The notes under the pieces are model-generated. The model ran no database searches and was not told the origin of the DNA. It saw only the letters and a program-made list of their open reading frames with translations. Position numbers and translations under genes: made by a program. A stretch of 64,000 nucleotides of DNA from Octopus vulgaris (lineage: Eukaryota): the NCBI GenBank assembly GCA_951406725.2, contig OX597837.1:31558001-31622000 (forward strand), given 5' to 3'. Each line of letters opens with the position of its first letter. Positions within the stretch are counted from its first letter, which is position 1. Positions 14,723 to 27,989 of this stretch are shown piece after piece.

Positions 14723-15584
14723 GGATAATAAAGAAAATAAAAAATTATGATGGTGATGGTAGTAGGAGTGGTGGTGGTGGTGGTTGTGGTGGTGGCGGTG
14801 TAGCTAACCAGGATCCAGTCAGATGTAAGATGCAATTAGATTTAAAGGAATTGGTGACCTTCACACGGACAGGGAAAGTCAATGGTAAAAGTCGATTGGA
14901 CAGTGTTGAGTGAGCAACAAGTCTGACGTCGTGGATCAGCACTTAAGAAAACGGAATCGGATACAGAAGAAAATAAAGCACTTCGAAGAAAAGAACTGAT
15001 TGTGGATTGAGGAAATCCTGAAATTCTGGTTAAGGCCAATAGGCGGAAAGAACTATAGCGAAGAGGTTGAATGAGGGCTTCCTTAATAAATAAATAAACA
15101 TAGATACAAATGTCTTGCAAAGAACTTGCACATGCAAGTGCTACCAGTAAAAGCTCCGTATACCGGAAGCCAGCAAGTGTATGGGGTCATCAGGAGAGAA
15201 TGCGCGCCGTTTCGGGGCCTACCTCTCGACGGCATCAATGTGCACCGGCCCCCCTCACTGATATGAGGCCCCGCTTGCTAGATCAGCTGGTTATCAAATA
15301 AAGCTCAATATCCTTCTAGCCATCGCTCATCGTCTCTTTTTAACCAAATCCTACTAAAAATATTTCTTCTTTTATCTTTTACTTGTTTCAGTCATTGGAC
15401 TGCGGCCGTGATGGAGCATCGCCTTGATGCCATTTCATCGTGAAAGAAAGGTGTGAGATTTGAGTCTGAGAGGGCAGTGATTTGGCTGTTGCTTCTAGCA
15501 CGTCACGCAACTACGCAGTGGTTCCTTTTGTTACTACGTGTGTTTGTATTTGCGCGTGTGCGCATGTGTGCGTATGTTTGTGAC

Positions 15585-15637
15585 AGTAGTAGTAGTAGCA
15601 GGAGTAGTAGTAGTAGTAGCAGTAGTAGTAGTAGTTA

Positions 15638-15674
<37 letters not shown>

Positions 15675-15712
15675 TATAGTAGTAGTAGTAGTTATAGTAG
15701 TAGTAGTAGTTA

Positions 15713-15757
<45 letters not shown>

Positions 15758-15826
15758 TAGTAGTAGTTATAGTAGTAGTAGTAGTAGTAGTTATAGTAGT
15801 AGTGGCAGCAGCAGCAGCAGCAGCAA
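15585..15826. repeat. (TAG)n then (CAG)n trinucleotide repeat
   Basis: Direct reading. Confidence 0.95.
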
Positions 15827-16548
15827 CGGTACTAGGACAAAATCCCTCCGAAGACAAAATCCCCGCTGGACAAAATCCCCACCTCCACCCCGGACAAACC
15901 CCCACCCGGCAGTCAGTATCCCCCGGGGTATTGTTTTTTCTTTACGATAAAAATATTTTAGGAAAGTAAAATTTTATTTAAAAAAAAAATTAAAGATATA
16001 TTTATTAAATGATATTTTTGTTTAAAATTTGTCCCCGGTGGATGTGGGGTGTGATTTTGTCCTGATACCAGCAGCAACAGCTTATTGCTTAAAATATTTT
16101 AGCCGGGCACTTCCCTGCCCTTCCTTATTGATATTTGAGAAAGGAGATTTGGCTGTTATTTCTAGCAACTCGAGCGACATTATAAAAGCTCCCTTCCCCA
16201 CTACCACTGGTTCGTATCAATTATAAATTTTTTTTTTTTCTCTGAAACGGAAAATCCAGAATTTATAAATAGACACCCGGCTATCCACCCACAAGAATTT
16301 TTAAAGATACATTTTTATTATTTATGTTCTTTCTGGGTGACCAGCTTGTAGAATCGCTGGAGCTGCAGAAAAATACAACCCCCCACCAAAAAAAAACAAA
16401 AAAAAAACGAAACAAAAATATAAAAAAAAGTCGTGCAGCTTTTTATCCCAGAATTTTAGGCTCTGAGTTCAAATCCTGCCGAGGCCAATTTTTATTTTAT
16501 TCTCTCGGGACCAAAAAAAAAAATAAATAAATAAAAATAAAGTAAATA

Positions 16549-16713
16549 GGCGCAGGAGTGGCTGTGTGGTAAGTAGCTTGCTAACCAACCACATGGTTCC
16601 GGGTTCGGTCCCACTGCGTGGCATCTTGGGTAAGTGTCTTCTGCTATAGCCCCGGGCTGACCAATGCCTTGTGAGTGGATTTGGTAGACGGAAACTGAAA
16701 GAAGCCTGTCGTA

Positions 16714-16768
<55 letters not shown>

Positions 16769-16991
16769 GTGTGTGTGTGTTTGTGTGTCTGTGTTTGTCC
16801 CACTAGCATTGCTTGACAACCGATGCTGGTGTGTTTACGTCCCCGTCACTTAGCGGTTCGGCAAAAGAGACCGATAGAATAAGTACTGGGCTTACAAAAG
16901 AATAAGTCCTGGGGTCGATTTGCTCGACTAAAAGGCGGTGCTCCAGCATGGCCGCAGTCAAATGACTGAAACAAGTAAAAGAGTAAAGAGT
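16549..16991 (+). mobile_element. SINE family A
   Basis: Near-identical to the 2717 copy. Confidence 0.85.
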
Positions 16992-17149
16992 ACCAATGAA
17001 GTGCTTGACCTTGACCTTGGCCATGACCTTGGCCTTCAGTTAGAATCTATTATTTTATTTTTTCATTTTTTTCCCTTAAAGATTCTTACTCTTCTTCATA
17101 TTGATTTCAAATTTTGGCACAAGGCCAACAAGTTCGGGGGTGAGGGTAA

Positions 17150-17882
17150 GAGGATAGCATCAACCCCCAGTGCTCAAATGGTATTCTTTTTATCGAGCCC
17201 GAAAGGATGAAAGGCAAAGTCGACCTTGGTGGAATTTGAACTCAAAACGTGGAGACAGACGAAATGTCACTAAGCATTCTACCCGCTGTGCTAACAATTC
17301 TTATCTCTTCATTGCCCACAAAGGGCTAAACATAGAGGGGGACAAACAAGGACAGACATAGGTATTAAGTCGATTACATCGACCCCAGTGTGTAACTGGT
17401 ACTTATTTAAGGCAAATTCGACCTCGGCGGAATTTGAACTCAGAACGTAGCGGCAGACGAAATACCTATTTCTTTACTACCCAAAATGGGATAAACACAG
17501 AAGGGAGAAACAAGGACAGACATAGGTATTAAGTCGTTAATATCGACCCCAGTGCGTAACTGGTAATTATTTAATCGACCCCGAAAGGATGAAAGGCAAA
17601 GTCGACCTGGGCGGAATTTGAACTCAGAACGTAGCGGCAGACGAAATACCTATTTCTTTATTACCCACAAGGGGTTAAACACAGAAGGGAGAAACAAGGA
17701 CAGACATAGGTATTAAGTCGATTATATCGACTCCAGTACGTAACTGGTACTTAATTTATCGACCCCGAAAGGATGAAAGGCAAAGTCGACCTCGGCGGAA
17801 TTTGAACTCAGAACGTAACGGCAGACGAAATATCGCTACGCATTTTGCCCGCTGTGCTAACGTTTCTGCCAGCTTGCCGCCT
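17150..17882 (-). mobile_element. SINE family B multimer (one head, three body units, plus an older copy)
   Basis: Repeated ~160-180-bp units with the same junction as at 14.5 kb. Confidence 0.8.
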
Positions 17883-19174
17883 TTACTCTGTTTTGTTTTC
17901 TTACTTCAAATCCAGTGAATGGAAAAATCGCTTTTCATTGTTTTAGGGAAGAAGGGTGGATTCGCGACCAAAAAAGGTGTGTGTGTGTGTATGGGGTGGG
18001 AGATATCGAGTACGGTTTAATAAAATGGATCTCCGTCGTATTTGGGGATGAATGTTCAACTGCTTGATCAACTGAGCCACCTACTAATTGAATTATTGTA
18101 TAAGTGGCTGAATATTCCTCAGACGTAGAATGTAGCCGTAACGTAATCTTCACTCCAAATGGGTGTGACATAATGTGTGTCACAAGGTTGAGTGGGTAAA
18201 TTACGAGTACAATCCACCCGTGGAGCTTCTATATAGTATCTTTCTACTCATTCAGTTTCACCCACAAAGTTTGGTTCGTCCCGTGGCTACGGAAAAACAC
18301 ACCTACCCAGCATGTCGTACATTAGGATCGATTGAACCCGGTCTCTTGTGATTGCGAAGCGAAATGTTCAACCTTTCGGCCATGCCTTGGCCACATTTCC
18401 ACCCTAATACCTTCCCCCCCACCACACATATACACCCTCAAAATTTACAGCCTTGGCCCTATATTGAAAATAGTTAACTTTATTAAATCCTGTAAGGGCG
18501 ATGATGGACTGGCGAAATCAACCAATCGAACAGTCGAAAGAGGGGGTGAACGAAATATTTTGTTGTATTTAGAAGCGTCTTTTTACGATCCGAGTTCAAA
18601 TCGCGCCGTCTTGGACTTTGCAGGTCGACGTCGCGAGATCGAATAATAAAAGTACCAGTCGAGTAGTGAGGTCGATATAATCGAACGATATCCCTCGACC
18701 TGCGGGGTTTCTTGATTGGCCTTTGTTGTTGGTGGCCCTATTCTTATTTCTTTATTGCCCACAAGGGGCTAAACATTGAGGGGACAAACAAGGACAGACA
18801 AAGGTATTAAGTCGATACATCAACCCCAGGGCGCAACTGGTACTTAATTTATCGACCCCGAAAAGATGAAAAGCAAAATCGACCTATCTGTATTAATTCC
18901 AGCTCTACAAAATCCGAAAGGTTGAAAGGCAAAGTCGACCTCGATTGAATTTGAACTCAGAACGTAAAGACGGACGAAATGACACTAAGCATTTTGTCCG
19001 GGATGCTAACGATTCTGCCATCTCACTGAGTTAATAATAATAATTATAATGATGATGATGATTTCTTTTATTTGCTACTAGGGCGAAGGATGAAGGGGGA
19101 CATTACAAAGACAGACATAAAGAGTAGGGGTTTACATATAATGAAGTGATAGGGAAAATTTATACATATAAAAA

Positions 19175-19460
19175 GGCTATCAGATGTTGTTACACATCGC
19201 TGGTCACAATGCGCTTCGCATTGTTTTAGCCTTCAAATGACGCCACCCCGCTGGCTAAGCGAGCAGGCCAACAGAAGAAAGAGTAAGAGAAAGTTGTGGC
19301 GAAAGAGTACACCAGGGATCGCCACCACCCCCTGCCGGGGCCTCATGGAGCTTTAGGTGTTTTCGCTCAATAAGTACTGACAATGCCCGGTCTGGGAATC
19401 GAAACCGCGATCCTATGACCACGAGTCCGCTGCCCTAACAACTGGGCCACTGCGCCTCCA
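19175..19460 (-). mobile_element. tRNA-headed SINE family C
   Basis: Head GGAGGCGCA(A/G)TGGCCCAGT(G/T)GTTAGGGCAGCGGACTCG...GGTTTCGATTCCC (A/B boxes). Confidence 0.8.
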
Positions 19461-19488
19461 TGCACGCACACATATATATATGTGTGTG

Positions 19489-19576
<88 letters not shown>

Positions 19577-19780
19577 CATACAATACAAGAATGGAAGCGT
19601 ACATAGTATAGGGCAGTAAAAGGAAAGAAGATGGGAGAAAATGGATGGTAGTGATATGGTCCTCTTGATGCAGGAGGACCTCTAGGGATAATCGAAGAAC
19701 CCAACCGTACAAGAACTCCCTAAACACCAAGGGCAAGTGCCTTCTCCAATTCTTAATAATAATAATAATAATAATAATTA

Positions 19781-19830
<50 letters not shown>

Positions 19831-20603
19831 ATAATAATAATAATAATAATAATCCTTTCCACTGGGAGCACAAAGCCTCAGGTTTGGGGGAAGGGATTAA
19901 GTCGATTACATCGACCCCAGTGCATGACTGGTACTTATTTAATCGGCCCCGAAAGGATGAAAGGCAAAGTCGACCCCGGCGGAATTTGAACTCACATAAT
20001 AATAATAATAATAATTATAATAATAATAATAATAATACTAATAATTATTATTATTATAATAATGTTTCAAGTTTTGGTACAGGGACTGCAAATTTAAAAA
20101 GAAAAAGGCGCAAAGCAATTAAATTGATACCAGCACTTGACTGGTACTTAATTTTTTTTCGACCCCTGCAAAGTTTGACTTTTGCGCGATTTGGAACCCG
20201 AACGTAAAAATAAAAAAAATCAAGGATAGAGGGGAAAAACAAACAAACAATAAACGAAAATAAATATGTAAATGTAAGGGTGAGTGGCGTTGAGAAGCGA
20301 GATCCAGAGACAGGGAGAAGAAACAGTGCCCAAAGAAAAATTCGTCTGGTACTCACCATTGCTGTTCGGTTTGCAAGTTGGGACGATACGAGACTGGACG
20401 CTCTTCAGACGAATAACGAAAGCTAAATAATTTAGTTTGAACAAACTGAACTCAGCTGCTGCTGATAACTGCTGCTGCTGGTGCTGTTGTAATTGTTACT
20501 GCTACTGCTGCTGTTGCTGTTGCGCTTACGTATGTTGTTGTTATAAAACCCACAGCTGATGCTACTACACTATTGCTTTCTACTTCCTTGTTGTGACATG
20601 AGT

Positions 20604-21155
20604 GGAGGGCGCAATGGCCCAGTGGTTAGGGCAGCGGACTCGCGGTCATCGGATCGCGGTTTCGATTCCCAGACCGGGCGTTCTGAGTGTTTATTGAGCG
20701 AAAACACCTAAAAAGCTCCACGAGGCTCCGGCAGGGGATGGTGGTGATACCTGCTGTACTCAGAAGTGGAGGCGCAATGGCCCAGTGGTTAGGGCAGCGG
20801 ACTCGCGGTCATAGGATCGCGGTTTCGAATTCCCAGACCGGGCGTTGTGAGTGTTTATTGAGCGAAAACACCTAAAAGCTCCACGAGGCTCCGGCAGGGG
20901 ATGGTGGTGATCCCTGCTGTACTCTTTCACCACATCTTTTCTCACTCTTACTTCCTGTTTCTGTTGTACCTGTATTTCAAAGGGTCAGCCTTGTCACTCT
21001 CTGTGTCACGCTGAATATCCCCGAGAACTACGTTGAGGGTGCACATGTCTGTGGAGTGCTCAGCCACTTACACGTTAATTTCACGAGCAGGCTGTTCCGT
21101 TGATTCGGATCAACCGGAACCCTCATCGTCGTAACCGACGGAGTGCTTCCATCCC
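20604..21155 (+). mobile_element. SINE family C, tandem partial plus longer copy with a different tail
   Basis: Head repeated at ~20604 and ~20768; the tail matches 3670-3790 (-). Confidence 0.78.
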
Positions 21156-21942
21156 ATGTTGTTACATGTCATTAAATTTTACGTTGATTTCGAATTGTTA
21201 AAGCTCCGCCGGAGAAAATGCATTGATTCCTAACGTAAAACACCGGATCACGAATATGTTTCGTGCGTACGTGAGAAGGAGAAGGCAATTGATTGTATCA
21301 GCGCCCAATAGTTGGTTACTCTCTTTTCTCTCTTTTACGGCGAAATTTGAACTCAGAACGTAACGGCAGACGTAATACGGCTACGCATTTCGCCCGGCGT
21401 GCTAACGTTTCTGCCAGCTCGCCGCCTTCAGCCGGAATAAATACTGACGACAAACAGCCAGAAACGTAACACATTTCGTCCGACACATTTATACACCCTA
21501 ACCTACCAAATTTAAAATCCCTTCTGCTAAAGGCACCAGATAGGAGTAGTCATTGGGAGATAGGAGTAGTCAATTACATCAACTCTAGTACTTATTTTCC
21601 GACGGGTACTATTTTATCGGCCCCGAAAGGATGAAAGACAAAGTCGATCTCGGCGGGACGTAATGACAGACAAAGTGCCGATGACCATTTTGTCCAGTGT
21701 GTTAAGGGGCCAGCTTTCCGCCGACACATTTATACACCCTAACCCACCAAATTAGTAGAATCATTAGCGCGTCGGACAAAAGGCTTTGCGTTCTGAGCTC
21801 AAATTTCGCCGAGGTTAGCTTTACCATAGGTGTCGATAAAATAAGTACCAGTCGCATACTAGGCTCGAAGTAATCGATTTTCTCCCCGCCCCTCAAGTTG
21901 CTGCCCTGGGGCTAACTTTTGAAACCTTTATGCATATATAAT

Positions 21943-22161
21943 GGAGGCGCAATGGCCCAGTGGTTAGGGCAGCGGACTTGCGGTCGGAGGATCGCGGTTT
22001 CGATTCCCAGACCGGGCGTTGTGTGTGTTTATTGAGCGAAAACACCTAAAAGCTCCACGAGGCTCCGGCAGGGGATGGTGGTGATCCCTGCTGTACTCTT
22101 TCACCACTCTAAAGGCGGTGCTCCAGCATGGCCGCAGTCAAATGACTGAAACAAGTACAAA

Positions 22162-22218
<57 letters not shown>

Positions 22219-22342
22219 CACCGTAATCACCGTGACCGACCAGGCTATCAGATGTTGCTACACATCGCTGGTCACAATGCGCTTCGCATTGTTTTAGCCT
22301 TCAAATGACGCCACCTCGCTGGCTAAGGGAGCAGGCCAACAG

Positions 22343-22383
<41 letters not shown>

Positions 22384-22548
22384 TTGTGGCGAAAGAGTAC
22401 AGCAGGGATCGCCACCCCTCCCTGCCGGAGCGTCGTGGAGCTTTAGGTGTTTTCGCTCAATAAACACTCACAACGCCCGGTCTGGGAATCGAAACCGCGA
22501 TCCTCCAACCACGAGTCCGCTGCCCTAACCACTGGGCCATTGCGCCTC

Positions 22549-22550
<2 letters not shown>
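21943..22550. mobile_element. Inverted pair of SINE family C copies (21943-22110 +, 22215-22550 -)
   Basis: Family sequence on opposite strands; the + copy ends in a family-A-type tail. Confidence 0.78.
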
Positions 22551-22626
<76 letters not shown>

Positions 22627-23329
22627 CCTGTTATAACAATATATTCTAGCAAAATTACATGGACTATTGATTTTTATTAGTACATAAATTGTATCGATCC
22701 CTCGAAGGATAGAAAAAGTTAAGCTGACCTCTGCAGGATTCGATCTTAAAACATAAAACCAGGTAAAAATAATAAAAAAAATGCGACGGTAGTATTTTGT
22801 CCTTCGTTGCCATACATTGAGTCGTGGACCAAATAATAAAAAGAACAATTGAGGGAAACGTCACGGGTAAACTGACCAGCCGGAAATAGCAGCTAAATAT
22901 TCCTCAACTCAAATCACACAACATACTCTTAAAAAGATTATAACAGGACAGGATGGTCGTGGCTGGAATGTCTTTGATGTTAGATCTACTCATTCAAGGT
23001 TTATTTTTTATTAAACTTGAATAACAAACATCGATAAAAATCAGTCGGCGTAGACACGCCTTCTCCTAACAGCCATTCTCACACCGAACACAGTCACGTA
23101 GGATTTGGCTGAGTGAAAAGAGGTATATTTTTTATCTATTTTTAGTGAAAGAAAAAAAAAAAAAGCTGCAACAAGAAAAAAAAAAAACCCAGCAAAATAC
23201 AAAACAAGGAAGAGAAAAGAAAGAAAAAGAATAGACACTAGTTTTAATAAATATTTGATTTTAAGCGAATTTACACATAAATTAAAAGATCATAAAAGAC
23301 CCTCTCAGAAATCCTGAAACTTAAAAGCT

Positions 23330-23334
23330 CTGTG

Positions 23335-23395
<61 letters not shown>

Positions 23396-23521
23396 GTGTG
23401 TGTGTGTGTGTATGTGTGTGTGTGTGTGAGTGAGAGAGAGAGAGAAAAAGTGTGTGTGTGTGTGTGTGTTTGTGTGTGTGTGTTATGGGTGTGTGTGTAT
23501 TTGAGTGTGAGAGAGATAGAC

Positions 23522-23558
<37 letters not shown>

Positions 23559-23976
23559 AAAAGAGTGTGTGTGTGTGTTTGTGTGAGTTTGTGCGTGTGT
23601 GTTGTGTGTTTGAGTGAGAGAGAGAGAAAAAAATTATGTGTGTGTGTGTGTTTTTGTTCGTGTGTTATGGGTGTGTGTGTATTTGAGTGTGAGAGAGATA
23701 GATCGAGAGAGAAAGAGAGAGAGAGAGAGAAAGTGTGTGTGTGTTTGTTTGTGTGTGTTTGTGTGTGTGAATGTGTGTGTGAGAGTGTGTGAATGTGTGT
23801 GTGTGTCTGTGTGTGACTGAGAGAGAGAGAGAAAAAGAGTGGGTGTGTGTGTGTGTTTGTGTGAGTTTGTGCGTATGTGTTGTGTGTGTTTGAGTGAGAG
23901 AGAGAGAAAAAAAGTATATATATGTGTGTGTGTGTGTTTTTGTGCGTGTGTTATGGGTGTGTGTGTATTTGAGTGT

Positions 23977-24012
<36 letters not shown>

Positions 24013-24240
24013 AAGTGTGTGTGTGTTTGTTTGTGTGTGTTTGTGTGTGTGAATGTGTGTGTGTGTCTGTGTGTGACTGAGAGAGAGAGAGAGAAAAAGA
24101 GTGTGTGTGTGTGTGTGTTTGTGTGAGTTTGTGCGTGTGTGTTGTGTGTGTTTGAGTGAAAGAGAGAGAGAGAAAAAGTATATATATGTGTGTGTGTGTG
24201 TTTTTGTGCGTGTGTTATGGGTGTGTGTGTATTTGAGTGT

Positions 24241-24281
<41 letters not shown>

Positions 24282-24380
24282 TGTGTGTGTGTTTGTTTGT
24301 GTTTGTGTGTGTTTGTGTGTGTGTGTGTGTATGTGAGTGAGAGAGAGAGAGAGAGAGAGAAAAAGAGTGTGTGTGTGCGC
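23330..24380. repeat. Higher-order tandem repeat built from (GT)n/(GA)n blocks
   Basis: Anchor TTATGGGTGTGTGTGTATTTGAGTGTGAGAGAGATAGA recurs at ~23483, 23665, 23951 and 24215. Confidence 0.85.
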
Positions 24381-24394
24381 GAGCGCTTGTGTAA

Positions 24395-24433
<39 letters not shown>

Positions 24434-24525
24434 TATGTACGTATATGTACATATATATGTATATGTATGTCTGTAATTATATACATGTATGTACACGTAT
24501 GTATACACACATATATATATACACA

Positions 24526-24687
<162 letters not shown>

Positions 24688-24755
24688 TTCTTTCCTTTTT
24701 GGCGTTATGTTAATGTCAAGGATATTCTCAAGGTCATTCACTTCCTATCTATCTG

Positions 24756-24826
<71 letters not shown>

Positions 24827-25080
24827 CTTTCACTCATCCTCTCACTCTTTCTCTGTGTGTCTGTCTGTCCCTCTCTATCGATTTCTGCATCACCCCCTCC
24901 TTCTCTCTATATATAAACATATGTATACAGGCATGGCTGTGTGGATCAGAAGCTCGCTTTTGCAACTACTAGGTGTCGAGTTCAGTCGTAGCACGCGGTA
25001 CTTCCGAGTGGTGTCTAATGCCTTCTACTATCGCTCCAGGCCGACCGATGCCTTTTGAATGAATTTCATAGCGGCCATAC

Positions 25081-25286
25081 TCTTTACTCTCTACTCTTTT
25101 ACTTGTTTCAGTCATTTGACTGCGGCCATGCTGGAGCACCGCCTTTAGTCGACCAAATCGACCCCGGGACTTATTCTTTTGTAAGCTCAGTACTTATTCT
25201 ATCGGTCTTTTTTTGCCGAACCGCTAAATGACGGGGAATAAACACACCAGCATCGGTTGTCAATCAATGCTAGGGGGACAAACACA

Positions 25287-25346
<60 letters not shown>

Positions 25347-25518
25347 CATATATACGACAGGCTTCTTTCAGTTTCCGTCTACCAAATCCACTCACAAGGC
25401 ATTGGTCGGCCCGGGGCTATAGCAGAAGACACTTGCCCAAGATGCCACGCAGTGGGACTGAACCCGGAACCATGTGGTTGGTTAGCAAGCTACTTACCAC
25501 ACAGCCACTCCTGCGCCT
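25081..25518 (-). mobile_element. SINE family A
   Basis: Reverse complement of the family sequence. Confidence 0.85.
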
Positions 25519-25717
25519 ATGTATATATAAGGCCATGTACATATAGGCCTATGTACATATAGGCCATGTATATACAAATTCTCAAACAGGCATAAGCCTG
25601 CATGCAGTCCATAGTCCACTGTAAGTTCTAAATCCAGTGCAGGAAAAAGTCCTGAGTGTTGTATAGTATAAATAAGAACAGAAATAGACTGAAGCGAACC
25701 TCAGCCCATTTGCGTTG

Positions 25718-25750
<33 letters not shown>

Positions 25751-25752
25751 TA

Positions 25753-25823
<71 letters not shown>

Positions 25824-25834
25824 GTGTGTGTGTG

Positions 25835-26135
25835 TTGACGCAATGGCCCAGTGGTTGGGGCAGCGCACTCATGGTCGTAGGATCACGGTTTCGATTCCCA
25901 GATCGGGCGTTGTGAGTGTTTATTGAGCGAAAACACCTAAAAGCTCCACGAGGTTCCGGCAGGGGGTGGTGGCGATCCCTGCTGTACTCTTTCACCAGAA
26001 CTTTCTCCCACTCTTTCTTCTGTTGGCCTGCTCGCTTAGCCAGCGGGGTGGCGTCATTCGAAGGCTAAAACAAAGCGAGCGTATTGTGACCAGCGATGTG
26101 TGAAAACATCTGATTGTCTGGTCGGTCACGTGATA
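25835..26135 (+). mobile_element. SINE family C
   Basis: Family sequence. Confidence 0.78.
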
Positions 26136-26403
26136 TATATATATATATATTATTATTATTTGAGGGAATAAAATCCAGACTTACAAGGAAAAAGAATTCA
26201 ATTTAGAATACATACATTATAAAATTTTGTAATTTAATTAATCTTTACTTTTTATTGTTATTTGAATTTTAACTTTTCTAGATGGTGTAATTTAATTCAT
26301 TTTGAATTGATAAAGTTTTTTTTAATATATATATATATATATATATATTAGCGAAATTAAATGGTTCTTTTCGTCATCAGATTTTTGTAGCAAGAGGTGT
26401 TTT

Positions 26404-26434
<31 letters not shown>

Positions 26435-26437
<3 letters not shown>

Positions 26438-26585
26438 CTTTATTTTAAGCAGCAGAAAATTCAACAAAATCTGTTACTCTGAGTTTCTCGTTGCCGTCCG
26501 TTCATCAGACAGTTTTTGTCTGATTAACGGCAACGAGAAACTCAGAGTAACAGATTTTGTTGAATTTTCTGCTGCTTAAAATAAA

Positions 26586-26589
<4 letters not shown>
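26435..26589. repeat. ~63-bp inverted repeat (fold-back) embedded in (TA)n
   Basis: 26435-26497 versus 26527-26589; the spacer is itself an imperfect hairpin. Confidence 0.92.
26471..26512 (-). ncRNA. Minimal hammerhead motif
   Basis: Minus strand: CTGT CTGATGA aCG...CGa GAAAC TCAGA GTA ACAG; weak stem II. Confidence 0.55.
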
Positions 26590-26635
<46 letters not shown>

Positions 26636-26694
26636 ATATATGTGCACGTGTACACAAATGCATACATTTGCACACACAGACACAGACACACATA

Positions 26695-26742
<48 letters not shown>

Positions 26743-26944
26743 AACAAACAAACACACATCCACGCGTGTATGTAAAGCACGTAGCCTTCGTTACCGGATA
26801 CAATTTTCATCAGCCGCCAACCGGAGATCACAGAGATTTTGGATCCTGGCCACAGCAACCACCTCCACTAAACTCGAAGCACGTAATTGTGCCGAACAGA
26901 ATTTGTGCTACCATAGAATGGCCTGGCTCTTTTAGCCCATACTG

Positions 26945-27112
26945 GAGCAGGAGTGGCTGTGTGGTAAGTAGCTTGTTTACCAACCACATGGTTCCGGGTT
27001 CAGTCCCACTGCGTGGCACCTTGGGAAAGGTGTCTTCTACTATAGCCTCGGGCCGACCAAAGCCTTGTGAGTGGATTTGGTAGACGGAAACTGAAAGAAG
27101 CCCGTCGTATGT

Positions 27113-27162
<50 letters not shown>

Positions 27163-27359
27163 TGTGTCTGTGTTTGTCTCCCTAGCATCGCTTGACAACC
27201 GATGCCGGTGTGTTTGTGTCCCCGTTACTTAGCGGTTCGGCAAAAGAGACCGATAGAATAAGTACTTGGCTTACAAAAAGAATAAGTCCCGGGGTCGAGT
27301 TGCTCGATTAAAAGGCGGTGCTCCAGCATGGCCGCAGTCAAATGACTGAAACAAGTAAA
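26945..27359 (+). mobile_element. SINE family A
   Basis: Family sequence. Confidence 0.85.
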
Positions 27360-27555
27360 CCGCGTACAGCTGCAACCACTTCTGCTGCACAATTGTTTTT
27401 TTGCTTTACTCCAGGCTGACTGTTTGTTCGTTGCACTTATGTCTGTCTTTCTGTCATGTGAGTCTCACTTAAGGACTATGGTGATGATGATGAGACATCA
27501 TTTTGTGTTTAATATTCCAGTTTACAATCACCAAACAAGCACGTGTGTGTGCGTG

Positions 27556-27588
<33 letters not shown>

Positions 27589-27727
27589 ATGTGTGTTTGT
27601 GTGTGTTTATGTGTGTGCGTGCGTGCGTGCATGTGTGTGTGTGTTGTGTACATTTGTGCGTATACATGTATACACACGCGCACACATACACATATATATA
27701 TGCATACACAAATAAATATATATATTG

Positions 27728-27944
27728 GAGTGGCTGTGTGGTAAGTAGCTTGCTAACCAGCCACATGGTTCAGGGTTCAGTCCCAATGCGTGGCATCTTG
27801 GGCAAATATCTTCTGCTATAGCCCCGGGCCGACCAATGCCTTGTGAGTGGATTGGGTAGACGGAAACTGAAAGAAGCCTGTCGTATACATGTATATATAT
27901 ATATATACATATACGACAGGCTTCTTTCAGTTTCCGTCTATATA

Positions 27945-27989
<45 letters not shown>

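Noticed and set aside
17150-17882. Regularly spaced repeats resembling a CRISPR array
   Set aside because: Eukaryotic context; units are whole SINE bodies without unique spacers; no cas genes.
20604-20680. tRNA-like sequences at SINE heads
   Set aside because: They have A/B boxes but no complete cloverleaf and continue directly into SINE bodies.
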